A stretch of DNA of 62,948 nucleotides, the filler included, from Octopus bimaculoides (taxonomy: Eukaryota), in NCBI RefSeq assembly GCF_001194135.2. It is 6 parts of 5 records of this genome, joined end to end, with 100 filler letters (N's around TTAATTAATTAA, not from the genome) between each part and the next. Parts side by side here need not be neighbours in the genome. Positions count along the whole stretch, not along the records: positions 1 to 16,155 come from NC_068983.1; positions 16,256 to 45,989 come from NC_068991.1; 4 more parts are not named here. The stretch is one strand, 5' to 3'. The notes under the pieces are model-generated. The model was not told the DNA's origin. It did no database searches and saw only the letters and a list, made by a program, of their open reading frames with translations. Shown here piece by piece: positions 13,075-26,634 of this stretch; position 1 is the first letter of the stretch, and each line of letters opens with the position of its first letter. The translations under genes were made by a program, and so were the position numbers.

Positions 13075-13121
13075 ACACACGCTGAGGACGGGTAATCACC
13101 CTGAAACTCGAATCCGTGTGT
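13075..13121 (+). ncRNA. Type I hammerhead ribozyme, second copy
   Basis: ACACACG-CUGAGGA-C-GGGU-AAUC-ACCC-U-GAA-ACUCGAAU-C-CGUGUGU. Helix I is 7 bp, helix II is 4 bp with a C-U closing mismatch, and stem III has one mismatch. Predicted cut after 13114. Confidence 0.7.
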
Positions 13122-14800
13122 ATCACGTAAGGTTAGAAATGGGAGCGATGACCTCACTTGCAAATACTAATCGGACACAGAATGTGTGTCGTTAGCCAGC
13201 TGGAAGAGATCTCTTCCTGGGGTTATAAACGCCAGTAACACTGTCCTCTATAGGACCGCCGCACTTAGTTGGCAAATATATATATGTGAGTGTGTGCGTC
13301 TATATATGCAGCAGCATGTGTATGTATGTATCTATACATATGTCAATACAAATACGTATGTGTATGCGTGTGTTATCCGCTTCAACCGTTTGACACTGGG
13401 TGTTAGTTTGTTTATGTCTCGCAATTCGCGGTTCAGCAAAAGAGTCCGATAAAATAAGTCCCAGACTTAAAACAATAAGTACAGAATTTAAAAAGTTAGA
13501 AAAATACAACGCAAAATATTTCTTTCGACGCTCCAATAATTTTTTGTCAAGAAAGCCGTTTCATGGTCTCACTCCTTTCAGAACGCACACCATTGTTTCA
13601 AAAGTCTCGGTAGCATTGAATAAATTAGTCCTAGATACATAATATCTGGATAAAAAAAGAGAACGATCTTAAGAGAACTGTCTTTCGTAACAAGACTGTT
13701 TACGCAGGCCTCGTCTAGGATTAAACACCACCACCAACAAAAGCAGTAGCAGCAGTAATAATTTCTGACATAAAAACAAGTTGACAGGTCGTTCGATCTG
13801 CATCTTGAATTCCATTGATATGAACGTAAGTTGAGCTGAGGTCAACATCACAAAATTCATTCATTTTCTAGACTATTGTATCAGTGTTTAAGATAATGTT
13901 ACTATATATTCATGTAGGACATTCTTAACTAGAAGTTATTTATGTTTTTAAACTATGGCAATGGTACATCATCATAATTGTTTTCACTATCTCTCCTCTC
14001 ACCAACAAAAATTTAATCCGGTATTTCTTCTGTGAACACTATCTAGGGTCACCTTGTGTCTCCTAGTCACACTTTGAAGTAGTCTTCTACGGTAGCTGCT
14101 TCGTATGTCTTCTGAAGTGTATAGGAAGAATCCCGTGCCTAGAAGTCCTTCAAAATTGTATTCTATCTTCACATCATGCAAAATTCCTTCCCAAGTTTTG
14201 GCTTGAATGATAATCTGTGGTACTTTCTGTGAAGATTTATTTGGCAGATTTATATCATAGTTCGCATAGAGCTTTTCTAAGCCACTTTTCTCTTACTATG
14301 AAATTCGTCCAAATATCTCTTACAGATTTCATTTTTAGCTCGATCTATTAGCTGGGTCGTGGAAATAGCACTTGGTTTAATAAATTAACCAATGAAAATT
14401 ACAGGGCATCACATAAACTGATACGAAAATAGCAGTAAAAGTCAACACCAAGTCTTAGTTTTTTAACTGTGATTATATCTAGTTTATCTGATATCAGTTA
14501 CATCGCAATGCGCTCTCGAATGAATATATATTGCTCGAAACGGGGAGTACATACACAGCCGACAACTGATGAAGAGTCATTTTTGTATTACTTCTCCCTT
14601 TTTTTCTCTCTTGTTATTTGCGTTTTTAACTCATTTGTTTTCGTATTTCATGTTGTTTACTGTTGGTGACGTCCTGTACGCATATATATGCACACACACA
14701 CACACACACACATACAAACACACACACACACACACAGACACAGACACAGACACACACACACACATATATAAATATATATATGTATGTATANNNNNNNNNN

Positions 14801-14850
<50 letters not shown>

Positions 14851-15030
14851 GCACTTTTACAGGTATTTTGATGCAAACAAGAAAAGTAAAACTCAAAATA
14901 TGTGCATATGTATATTTTTATTGGTATTTAGCAGAAGTTACAGAGTGATTGAAGAACCGAGATTTTTGGGCGCTGGCACTCGTCAAACTTGGCAGTGATC
15001 AAACTACATGCACTCTTATATATACATACG

Positions 15031-15067
<37 letters not shown>

Positions 15068-15084
15068 CATGCATACATACATAC

Positions 15085-15116
<32 letters not shown>

Positions 15117-15378
15117 ATATATACATACATGCATATATACATACATACATACATATATATATATATATTTATATATATATATATATATATACATACATGC
15201 ATATATACATACATACATACATATATNNNNNNNNNNNNNNNNNNNNNNNNNNNNNNNNNNNNNNNNNNNNNNNNNNNNNNNNNNNNNNNNNNNNTACATA
15301 CATACATACATACATATATATATATGCGGTTTCACGCACGCACACACACACAGACAGACACAAAGACACACAAACACA

Positions 15379-15430
<52 letters not shown>

Positions 15431-16098
15431 GTATGTGCACGAGCGTGCAAACTCGAATCTGAAGTAACGGCCTCAGCTCTGTATATAATTCCACTCAGCA
15501 CTATCTATCGAGTATTTTTCCTTTTGTTCGCGACAATAATCATACATACACACATACATACATACATACATACATACATACATACATACACACACACACA
15601 TACATGCATACATACATACATACATACATACACACACATACATACACACACACACACATACATACATACATACATACATACATACATACATACATACATG
15701 CACGTGTGCGCACACTGATGGAGACAAACACAAAGCTTTGCAGCTCCAGAATAAAGAGCATTCTACTGCAAGTAACAGACGAAGGGATTTCAAATGAATT
15801 GCCTCTCGGGCAAATGCTATTTACATATTTACAAGTGGATCAGATGCAAACATCTAATTCAATCGGATGAAGGACGTACCTTTACCGAAGGATTTAGACA
15901 TGCCATCATGTGTAATTCATAATAATTACCAGAGGCAAAAATAAACATCAGATTAAGAACAACGAGATGTCTGCATGCAATTATTGTCTCAATATAGTAA
16001 ATATGGAAGTAGATATCAGAATTATATCTAACAGGATATAGTGTTGCTAGTAATTTGTGGTTAAATATATATAACCGTTTTGTTAAAAATCGCGTGAG

Positions 16099-16155
<57 letters not shown>

Positions 16156-16199
16156 NNNNNNNNNNNNNNNNNNNNNNNNNNNNNNNNNNNNNNNNNNNN

Positions 16200-16211
16200 T
16201 TAATTAATTAA
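16200..16211. other. Artificial TTAATTAATTAA linker inside an N gap (also 46034-46045, 54708-54719, 57920-57931, 60002-60013)
   Basis: Identical 12-mer centred in N runs five times; it gives stop codons in all six frames. Confidence 0.9.
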
Positions 16212-16539
16212 NNNNNNNNNNNNNNNNNNNNNNNNNNNNNNNNNNNNNNNNNNNNGCAACGAGTGTGGCGGTGGCGGTGGTAATATGGATAGGGATATGC
16301 TGATGATGATGATGACATTGATGATGATGATGATGATGGAGATGTATGAAGATGGTGATAGTGGTCATGGTAGGGGTGGTGATAATGATTACGATGATGA
16401 TGATAATGGTGATGATGAACGTGCTATTGATGATGAGGTATGATGATGAAGAAGATAAGGATGAAAATAACGAATGTACAGATGACAATGATAATTATGA
16501 TAATTTTCGAACTGTCGATGCTTTGAGGAAAACCATAGC

Positions 16540-16579
<40 letters not shown>

Positions 16580-16597
16580 GCTATTATTATCATTATG

Positions 16598-16806
16598 AAA
16601 ACGGTGAGCTGGCAGAATTCTTTAGCACACCGGATTAAGTGCTTAGCGGTATTTCGTCCATGTTTACATCCTGAGTTCAAATTCCACCGTGGTCGACTTT
16701 GCCTTTGATCCTTCGGGATCGATAAAATAAGTACCAGTTGATTACTGGGATCAATGTAATCGACTATCCCCCTTCCTCGAAATTGCTGGCCTGATGCTAA
16801 AATTTG

Positions 16807-16810
<4 letters not shown>
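16598..16810 (+). mobile_element. SINE family A copy
   Basis: GGTGAGCTGGCAGAATTC.TTAGCAC...GAGTTCAAATTCCACC...GGTCGACTTTGCC. Confidence 0.85.
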
Positions 16811-16861
<51 letters not shown>

Positions 16862-17595
16862 ACGCTACTCTCCTTCCTCATTCCAAACGAATATGGCTGC
16901 CCTTCCTCTGGAAGCATTATATGATCATGTACATCCTTCCTCTACAAATATCACATTACAAAGTGCCAGGTCCTTGTGATCGATAAAATAACCGGTTTTC
17001 CCAAATTAATCGGAATGATTGATAAATATTCTGATTGAAGATCAAGGCTGATGAAAAATACTATTTTAAATTACAAAAAAGATTATTTAATAATTAGTTT
17101 CCATTATTCTACATTCTTAATTAGCAGAATTTTTATTCAATCGCATTCCATACCATTCCAGTCAACCCGAGAAAAATAAAAAATTCCTCAATTGCAATGG
17201 TTTTTCTCTCCTTTTCTTCAAAATTATCGAAATTTTCAGCAACCATTTTATTGTTAGAACTGAAGTCATTTGTGAGGGCCTCGGACCAGTCAGTGTCTTT
17301 GCATATTTTTGTTCGTTGATTCATAACCACATGTCACTATTAAGACGGATTAACCGAATCGTCAGAACATCCGACTATTGACATAAAGACCTCACCGACA
17401 TTCTACAGAATATGTTCCAACTCAGGAGTCCCCATGAAAAATGTTTTAAACCGAATACAAAAGCGAAATATCCGACTAAAGTTCCAATGTTTCCGAGGTC
17501 GATTTTTACTTTGATCCTTCCAGGAATCGATAAAATTAAGTTCCAATCAAATGCTAGGGGGTTCGATATAGTCGATGTTTCCCAGTTTCCATGTG

Positions 17596-17940
17596 AAGGC
17601 GCATGGCTCAGTGGTTAAGAGCGTCGGGCTCACAATCATGAGATTGTGAGTTCGATTCCCGGACCGGGCTACGTGTTATGTTCTTGAGCAAGACACTTTA
17701 TTTCCCATTGCTCCAGTTCTCTCAGCTGTAGAAATGAGTTGCGACGTCTCTGGTGCCAAGCTGTATCGGCCCCTTTGCCTTTCCCTTGGATAACATCGGC
17801 GGCATGGAAAGGAGGGGAGGCTGGTATGCATGGGCGATTACTGGTCATCCATAAACAACCTTGCCCGGACTTGTGCCCCGGAGGGGAACTTTCTAGGTGC
17901 AATCCCATGGTCATTGATGACCGAAAAGGGTCATTACCCT
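17596..17940 (+). mobile_element. Full tRNA-derived SINE (family D)
   Basis: A box GGCGCATGGCTCAGTGGTTAAGAGCG, B box GAGTTCGATTCCC, central GTGTT..CTTGAGCAAGACAC domain and a distinct 3' tail. Confidence 0.9.
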
Positions 17941-18610
17941 TTTATCCAGATACCCACCCAAATAAGTTTCCGTTTCAAAAGGTTGGAAATCAATGTAAAA
18001 TAGAATATATTTCATGGAAACGTGTGTAAATTAATACAATCGGTTGAAGTGACCCCAGTATATGACTGTATATGTTTATTTCCTCTGTCCCAGGAAGATG
18101 AGAGGCAAAGAGTGAAAATTGAACTCAAGATGAACAAGGACGTTACTAAGTACCACACAACACTTGACCCAGTACTTTTGAACAACAATAGCAAGAAGAA
18201 GAAGAAGAAGAAGAAGAAGAAGAAGAAGAAGAAACAAAAGCTATAAAACAAGTGAAANNNNNNNNNNNNNNNNNAAGAAGAAGAAGAAGAAGAAGAAGAA
18301 GAAGAAGAACTATAGTGTCAAATTAAGACATAAGAGCAGTGATTTTAAGGGGTGGGGCAAGTTGATTTAATCGATCCAGTACTTGATTGGTAGTTTATCG
18401 ATCTCGAAACGACGAAAGGCAAAGTTGATATTGGAAGGATAAAAAGTGAAGCGGATTTCGGTGCAAATGGAATTGAGAACAAACTCGAAAATATTTTTCA
18501 AAAACTTGATAACTTTTGCTGCCATAACGGGAAAATCTTGTATTCATCTCGTTTGTTGTCTGCAGTCAATCATCATGGGGTGGGCGTGGGGGGGGGGAAC
18601 AGACGGACAC

Positions 18611-18633
18611 ACTTCCGGTGACATCACGTGACA
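18611..18633. promoter_or_regulatory. Compact ETS / CRE-like / E-box motif cluster
   Basis: ACTTCCGG (18611-18618), TGACATCA (18619-18626) and TCACGTGA (18624-18631) abut or overlap. Confidence 0.4.
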
Positions 18634-19771
18634 TTACCTAGTCTAGACGATAACAGTTCATCTGTGTTACGTTGCGTCACTGACAGCTTGGACTTGTGTG
18701 ATAATATTAATGAATGGTCACAGAGTACAGGGAAACACACGTGCACACACACATATATGTACACACACACACACTCACACCCCCACACACATGCCTGCAC
18801 GCATACATATACATGCACATATATGTACATGCATACACATATATATATATATTTATACATACATACATATATACATACATAAGCATACACACTCAAACAT
18901 ACATATATATATATGCATATATGTAATGTATATATGTAATGTGTGTGTGTGTATATACATATGTATATAATATTATAATGTGCGTATATACATACATATA
19001 TATGCATATATACACACAATACATACGTACATACGCCGGCACAAGCACTCATCTTACGCACATCTCTCTCTCTCCCCCTCTCCCCACGCTCTCCAGTCGC
19101 CTTGCCTTCATCACCCTGTCCCTCACTACATGTGTGTGCATGTGCGAGTGTGCATGCGCGGGTGTATGATTGCGTATGTGTATGTTTCTATGTGTGCGTG
19201 CACTCGTATACTAACATAGAAGCGTACATAAATGTCAAACAGTGATATTTCCGAGCGGCTGTCCACGGGCGCCAGCGGGAGCACACTGCGTGAAATCTAC
19301 ACTGGAGTCTGCTTTAAAATTACACTAACGCATTTAATAACACATGTATACACTCTCCAGCAACATTACGACAGGTATGTATATACAATCACAAAAAAGA
19401 CAACATAAAAGCCACTTATTTTCTTTTATATATACTGCCTTCTCGTGTTATTACCCTTGGGTGTATATAATACATGTGTATAAAATTGCGGGGTATATCA
19501 CAAGGCAATGGATATCACAAGCAAATAAACACACCGCGAAAATATATAAACACTGCGATATGCACACACGACATATCATATACCTTTTGTATTGATGTTA
19601 CTTTTATCGGTAGGAATATATGTATGTGTCTGTCTGTCTATTCATCTCTGTTTCTCTATCTCTATCTATACATGTACACGTACATACATATATACACACA
19701 TACATACACATATATATACACATGTATGTATATATATATACATATATATATGTATACACACACACACACGC

Positions 19772-19816
<45 letters not shown>

Positions 19817-20110
19817 NNNNNNNNNNNNNNNNNNNNNNNNNNNNNNNNNNNNNNNNNNNNNNNNNNNNNNNNNNNNNNNNNNNNNNNNNNNNNNNNNNNN
19901 NNNNNNNNNNNNNNNNNNNNNNNNNNNNNNNNNNNNNNNNNNNNNNNNNNNNNNNNNNNNNNNNNNNNNNNNNNNNNNNNNNNNNNNNNNNNNNNNNNNN
20001 NNNNNNNNNNNNNTTTCTTCTCCCTGTAAACATCCCGTTATCGCCTTAAAAGAAAATCCCAATTTCCAAGTTTGCCACAAAGACGAAAAAATAGAGACTT
20101 TTTTTAATCT

Positions 20111-20172
<62 letters not shown>

Positions 20173-21218
20173 TTAGCCCCTCGTTGGCTCCTGATTGAGC
20201 AAACATTGTGTCAGAGTATCCCTAATATTGTTCATCCAATCTCTTATCGTTTCGGGTCAAAAATATGGCGAGGACAACCGCCTGGTGTAACAACATCCCT
20301 TGGTTCTAAAATGTCGTAGCATAGTCTACAAGTTGTGGATATGTCCACTCTAGCTGTTCCTTTCTCCTAAATGAATTGTGATACAGACACGTGACACCTC
20401 ACAGTTCCTTAACATAAATGAGTTTATGGTTTTTATACCAACTCTTAAATGCATTTGCGGTTAGTCTAATAAAATCCCTTTCGTTGCAATCTACTTGCAT
20501 TAGGATGATTCTATAAATCACTAACTTAGAAAGAAACAAAGATTTTAGTGAGAGAACAGCATAACAAGTTTCTACAGCTATAAATTGATTATTGGTTTAT
20601 GTATTTCTAAATGAGCGTCTTAGCGGTAGGAAACGACGTTGTCCAGACGAGACTGGTTCACTTTGACGTTACAGATATTGAAATATTAAGAGTATTTATA
20701 TGTAGTTCAGATGTGTGAGCGTGTATAGGAACGTACATTGTATTTTAGTTTCTCGCTAAATCCACTTCTTTCTTGTTAGTGCATCGTTTTCGTGGGAGAC
20801 GGTCCTGTTGAAATGTCACCGGTTAGAATGGAAATATTATGTCTGATGATGCAAGATAATAGGTAAAAACAATTACTGCACAAGGTTGATTTTGCTGCCG
20901 GAACTCCAATTTGAACTGCAACTAAAAGCAGGGATGTTGTAGCTGCTTAATGACGACAGGCAGTTTAACCATTGAGCAGCTATATGTATAACAGAATAAA
21001 AGTATAAACAGGCAAACAACTGGTATAAGGTTAAACGACGACATTTGAACATCATCGTTGAGTTGTTACCTGAGTATCGACTTTAAAAAGGAAGGAAATA
21101 ATCAGCGGGGGGGGGGGAAGATTATCTTGGGGTCGGCATGATCCAAAAGCTAAAACGATGCAAGTCGCATTGTGACCAGCGATGTATAACAACATCCTAT
21201 AGTCTGGTCAATCACGTG

Positions 21219-21259
<41 letters not shown>

Positions 21260-21881
21260 GTATGACGCAAAATAGAGCATAATACATAAATATAAGCATT
21301 GATAATGATGATGGTGGTGGTGGTGGTGATACTGCTGATGGTGGTCATAATGATATTCATAATGATGGAGATAATGATGCTAATGATTGTGATGATGATG
21401 ATGTTAATGATTATGATGATGGTGATGACGATGATGTAGCAGTCAGTGATTAAAATTAATTGTGAAGTGTTGATGTGTAGACGGCAGTAAAGGCGTCGGT
21501 GGAGATGACATGAGCAGAACAGGGAATGTGTGTGTGTGTGTGTGTAGCGGAAGTGGCGAGGTAAATAAAATAAATGGTTGTATGAGAAGGCGAGGAGTTT
21601 GGTGGAATAATAGATGTCGGTGGGGGGGGGGAGTGTAGGTTGGGAGGGGCGGACTTTGGTGGCGGCGGCGGTGGCGGTGGTGAAGCTGAAAGATGTTTGA
21701 GGTGAGATGCTTGTGAAAGAAAACACAGTTAAAAACCTCCTCCTACTCCTGCAGGTCTCCCTACTCCCCCTTTCACCCCCCGCAGGTCTGACTCATCAAC
21801 TTTATCTCCCTGTAGTGTTGTTCTTTGGAAAGCCTTATGGGTTTGTTAAGGATGAAAGGGGTCAAGAACGATAAAGGTAAA

Positions 21882-21924
<43 letters not shown>

Positions 21925-22099
21925 GTAGGTAGAAAGAGAGAGAGAGAGAGATTAGAGGGAGTGAGAGGTTACAGAAAACAGAGAGAGTGAGTGAGCGGAA
22001 AGAGGGAAAAAGTGACGGAACAGAGAGAACGGAGACGGAGCGTAGAGAGGAGAAGGGAGAGTGAGAGAAAGGAGGAAGAGAGTAAGGAGAAAGAGAGAT

Positions 22100-22200
<101 letters not shown>

Positions 22201-22312
22201 GCAAGTAAAATGGCTGAAATTGGCTGCAGGTAAGGATTCTTTTAACGGATCCATAATCAATGACTTTCCAGCCATGAAAGTCACATCTTTTATTTATAGC
22301 CCAGGCAACGGC

Positions 22313-22342
22313 TTAGGGATTAGGGTTAGGATTAGGGTTAGG
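22313..22342 (+). repeat. Short degenerate interstitial (TTAGGG)-like tract
   Basis: TTAGGGATTAGGGTTAGGATTAGGGTTAGG. Confidence 0.6.
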
Positions 22343-22499
22343 CTTACATCATCCAATCTATTCTTTTCTAAGACGGCGATCTATTAAACGAGGTGAAATT
22401 TGGCTGCTCATTCTAGCTGGTCAAATGACCGCCTCGGAGCTGCTTCATTGGCAAAGGGTTGTGTTGCGGTGAAGGCAACAGAGACTCCACCGCCTCTGT

Positions 22500-22555
<56 letters not shown>

Positions 22556-23299
22556 TATTGCACCTTTATACATTGCCAACACCGTCAACACAAACGACTA
22601 ACGTCAAAGTTATTATCGACGCTTCACTGATATAACAGAGCTGCAGTCGGGACCACCACCGGCTCCACCACTATCAGTGAAGTCACCATCACCATCACCC
22701 CCACCCCCACCCCCACCACTACCACCAATACCACCACCACCACCACTACCACCAACACAACAACAACAACATCACAGAACGTAGACTAACAAACAATATA
22801 CCAATGTTTTGAACAGGTGTAAACATAAATGCACGNNNNNNNNNNNNNNNNNNNNNNNNNNNNNNNNNNNNNNNNNNNNNNNNNNNNNNNNNNNNNNNNN
22901 NNNNNNNNNNNNNNNNNNNNNNNNNNNNNNNNNNNNNNNNNNNNNNNNNNNNNNNNNNNNNNNNNNNNNNNNNNNNNNNNNNNNNNNNNNNNNNNNNNNN
23001 NNNNNNNNNNNNNNNNNNNNNNNNNNNNNNNNNNNNNNNNNNNNNNNNNNNNNNNNNNNNNNGTGTGTGTGTATGTGTGTGTGTGCGCGCGCTCGTGTCC
23101 GTGTTAGTGTATCTCCTCCACCACTTCACAAACAGTGTTCTTTCGTTTATGTCCCTGTAATCTAGCGGTTCGGTAAAAGAGGCCGATGGTATAAGTAGTA
23201 GACATAAAAAAAGTACTGCAGTTGATTTATTGAGCAAAAACTTTTCAATGTGGTGCTCCAGTGAGGCCGCTGTCCAATGACAGAAACAACTAATGGATT

Positions 23300-23720
23300 G
23301 TATATATATTGAGAAATCTGCAGTTACTCTATCCAGATTACAAGTTCAGGTTTATACCTGTGATTATTGGGGGCCTGGGATATGTACCACACTGCCTTTA
23401 ATACCAATATTGAGAAATTAGGCTTCTCGAATACTACAGATCCAGTCTATCACTGGAACAGTAAATATCTGTAAAACCTTCCAGAAGTTTATCATTTAGA
23501 TATATGTGAGCATGTCTGGATATGCAACTATATGCATGAGAATACAGACATAAAACAAAACGTACAAATCTGCACATACACATACATACATACATACATA
23601 CATACATACATACATACATACCCTGTTGTTGATGCTGAAATTCCAATAAAGGAGCCTTGGATCTGGATTAGAAACCGGTTCTTTCTCTATTGGCAAGAAA
23701 TCTTGAAATAAACTGAATAA
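23300..23720 (+). mobile_element. 3' end of a REL-type non-LTR retrotransposon with 3' UTR, ending at (CA)n
   Basis: LRNLQLLYPDYKFRFIPVIIGGLGYVPHCL..NTNIEKLGFS...IQSITGTVNICKTFQKFII*, followed by a UTR that contains (TACA)n. Confidence 0.7.
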
Positions 23721-23722
23721 TG

Positions 23723-23808
<86 letters not shown>

Positions 23809-24421
23809 GCGTGTGTGTGTGTTTACGTATGCGCGTCTCTATGTACTTATAGATAGTTATGAGACTCTAGTGAAGATATTGGTATGCACCAACCGACCTA
23901 CCGACCTCCCATCCTACCTCCCCACCACCGACCAATGGCATAAGGCGGATGTATTGTCCATTGTTCGAACACCTTGGTTGGCGTCGTCCGGTCGATATTC
24001 GGCCAAGAATATACACAGGAACCTTCATAATACCGTTTCCGCCACAACTTAGCATTTCTGCCCGACAAAAGCACAATGCCAAACCTTTACTGACAGACGG
24101 AAAAAGGAGTGCGAATGTATGTATGTATGTATGTATGTATGTATGTATGTATGAATACATGTATGTGTGTATGAGTGTATGTGTGTATGTGTACGTGTGT
24201 GTGTGCATGTATATATAAATTATTCATACTTGAATATATGTAGATATAAACATACAGACATATTGATAGACACACTCACGCACACACACATACATTATTT
24301 CAGATATATTTATACATACGTGTATATATACAAAATACACGCACACGCATACATGTATATGTATGTAATGGTTTATATTCTATTCATACTCATATACATA
24401 GATATTTCTATATTTATGTAC

Positions 24422-24483
<62 letters not shown>

Positions 24484-25461
24484 CAATATCTAGGTGTACA
24501 CGCACTCTTAAACACACGCACACACTCACACGCACACACTCACACGCACACACTCACACGCACACTTACACACACGTTTTTGCTTTCTCATCGCAGTTGA
24601 GTNNNNNNNNNNNNNNNNNNNNNNNNNNNNNNNNNNNNNNNNNNNNNNNNNNNNNNNNNNNNNNNNNNNNNNNNNNNNNNNNNNNNNNNNNNNNNNNNNN
24701 NNNNNNNNNNNNNNNNNNNNNNNNNNNNNNNNNNNNNNNNNNNNNNNNNNNNNNNNNNNNNNNNNNNNNNNNNNNNNNNNNNNNNNNNNNNNNNNNNNNN
24801 NNNNNNNNNNNNNNNNNNNNNNNNNNNNNNNNNNNNNNNNNNNNNNNNNNNNNNNNNNNNNNNNNNNNNNNNNNNNNNNNNNNNNNNNNNNNNNNNNNNN
24901 NNNNNNNNNNNNNNNNNNNNNNNNNNNNNNNNNNNNNNNNNNNNNNNNNNNNNNNNNNNNNNNNNNNNNNNNNNNNNNNNNNNNNNNNNNNNNNNNNNNN
25001 NNNNNNNNNNNNNNNNNNNNNNNNNNNNNNNNNNNNNNNNNNNNNNNNNNNNNNNNNNNNNNNNNNNNNNNNNNNNNNNNNNNNNNNNNNNNNNNNNNNN
25101 NNNNNNNNNNNATATATATATTAATGTATGTATACATAAATGTACGCATATACATAGATATATACATATACACACACACATTGTATATATATATACATAT
25201 ATGTATGTGTATATATATCCAAATGAGTACACGCACACACACACACGCACACACAATGGAGTGAAACCTTAAGCTCAAATATACGTGCCCTCCCACATGC
25301 ATATACAGACGCACAAATACTCATAACTACATTCACAAACCCCCACCAACACATACATACACACAACGCATATGTACATACACATTTGTACCTAAGTGCA
25401 TACACATATTTCGGCAGCCTGAAGAAATACGAAATAATTCGATAAAGCGATGAGGAAATTC

Positions 25462-25500
<39 letters not shown>

Positions 25501-26596
25501 TGATGATGATGATGATGATGATAATAATAATAACAATTCGGGAAATAATGTCAAAAAGGGGAAATGCTGAAGGTGTGATCAACAAAGTAAACATGCAATT
25601 GTGTGCCTATATATATATGTGTGCCTATATGTGTGTGTGTGAACACATATTTCTCTAATTCTATTTCATGTCACAAAATAAAATTGTGTGTATGTATGTA
25701 TGTATGTATCTATCTATATGTATATATATATATATATCAACGTACACATACACATTTAAATATAAGACACACACACACACCCCTACCTATCCACACCCTC
25801 CTGTGTACTCAACAGAAGTCAAAAGAGAGATCGTTGTTTGAATTTTCTATCACAAGAAACGAATGTCTAAATTTAGAACTCGTGAGCTTCCTTTCGTCGT
25901 CCATAATTCGATCAAATCCTTGTTTGATATTTAAATAGATTTGGTACAATTTGCATTAATTACGATGGGAAAGAGAGAGAGAGAGAGAGGTGGGGAGAGT
26001 AAGTGAGAGTGAGTGACAGTGAGCGAGAGGTGGGGGTTTCATGTTCAGTGCACAAGTCATCAGCGTTCGCTAACCTTTTTTTCCTTCCAAAGTTACTCCT
26101 TAAAAATGTAAATAAACCTGGTGACTAAACTATCTCATTTGCATAAAGTTATATGATTGACAAGAAGACGTTAATTACTCGACGACCACCAAATACATTG
26201 AAGGTTATGAATAAATATTTATGCGGAGCCATATCGTTCTGTAATCTTGCAAGTAACATTGAAGCCAGCTGGTTCAATCCTAGACCCAATCTACCGAAAA
26301 GGTCCACGTGGGCCACATTTCATAGTGATAAAAATACGTATAAATATGAGTTGATTTGTCTACGAATTTATGGAGGCAACCCGCAAAACTCTCGGCCGAA
26401 AGTTATACCAGGGAAGGTATGTGTTGGGAGTGTCTTTGTTGATTATTTATATCGTTCTTAAGCAAGAATCTTCAGTGGTTCAGTGACCTTTAGTTTCGTA
26501 CCATGTACTTTTCAAATTCTGATAAATGCATTCGCATGAAACTCTTGAGAGCTCTTTGATTAATAAATATACATTATATTATGTATATAGGTTACA

Positions 26597-26634
<38 letters not shown>

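Larger units (their letters stand above)
12490..13281. mobile_element. Hammerhead-bearing non-autonomous retroelement (retrozyme or Penelope pLTR-like): one inverted unit plus ~1.4 tandem units, period ~357 bp
   Basis: 12490-12780 is the reverse complement of the unit. On the plus strand 12782 (ATGGGTGCGATGACC) repeats at 13139 (ATGGGAGCGATGACC). No ORF. Confidence 0.75.

Noticed and set aside
14530-14580. GCTCGAAAC...CTGATGAAGAGTC as a permuted (type II) hammerhead
   Set aside because: Helix II can form but helix I cannot.
17045-17085. CTGATGA-AAAATA-C-TATTTT hammerhead-like half; similar halves at 3956, 25416, 26057 (minus) and 26467 (minus)
   Set aside because: GAAA, stem III or helix I is missing in each case.
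17133-17330. ORF with faint piggyBac-like EEF..FLGL
   Set aside because: A single short motif; too weak to call.
17596-17670. tRNA gene-like heads (also 1688 and 57708)
   Set aside because: They continue into SINE bodies and lack a complete cloverleaf and acceptor stem.
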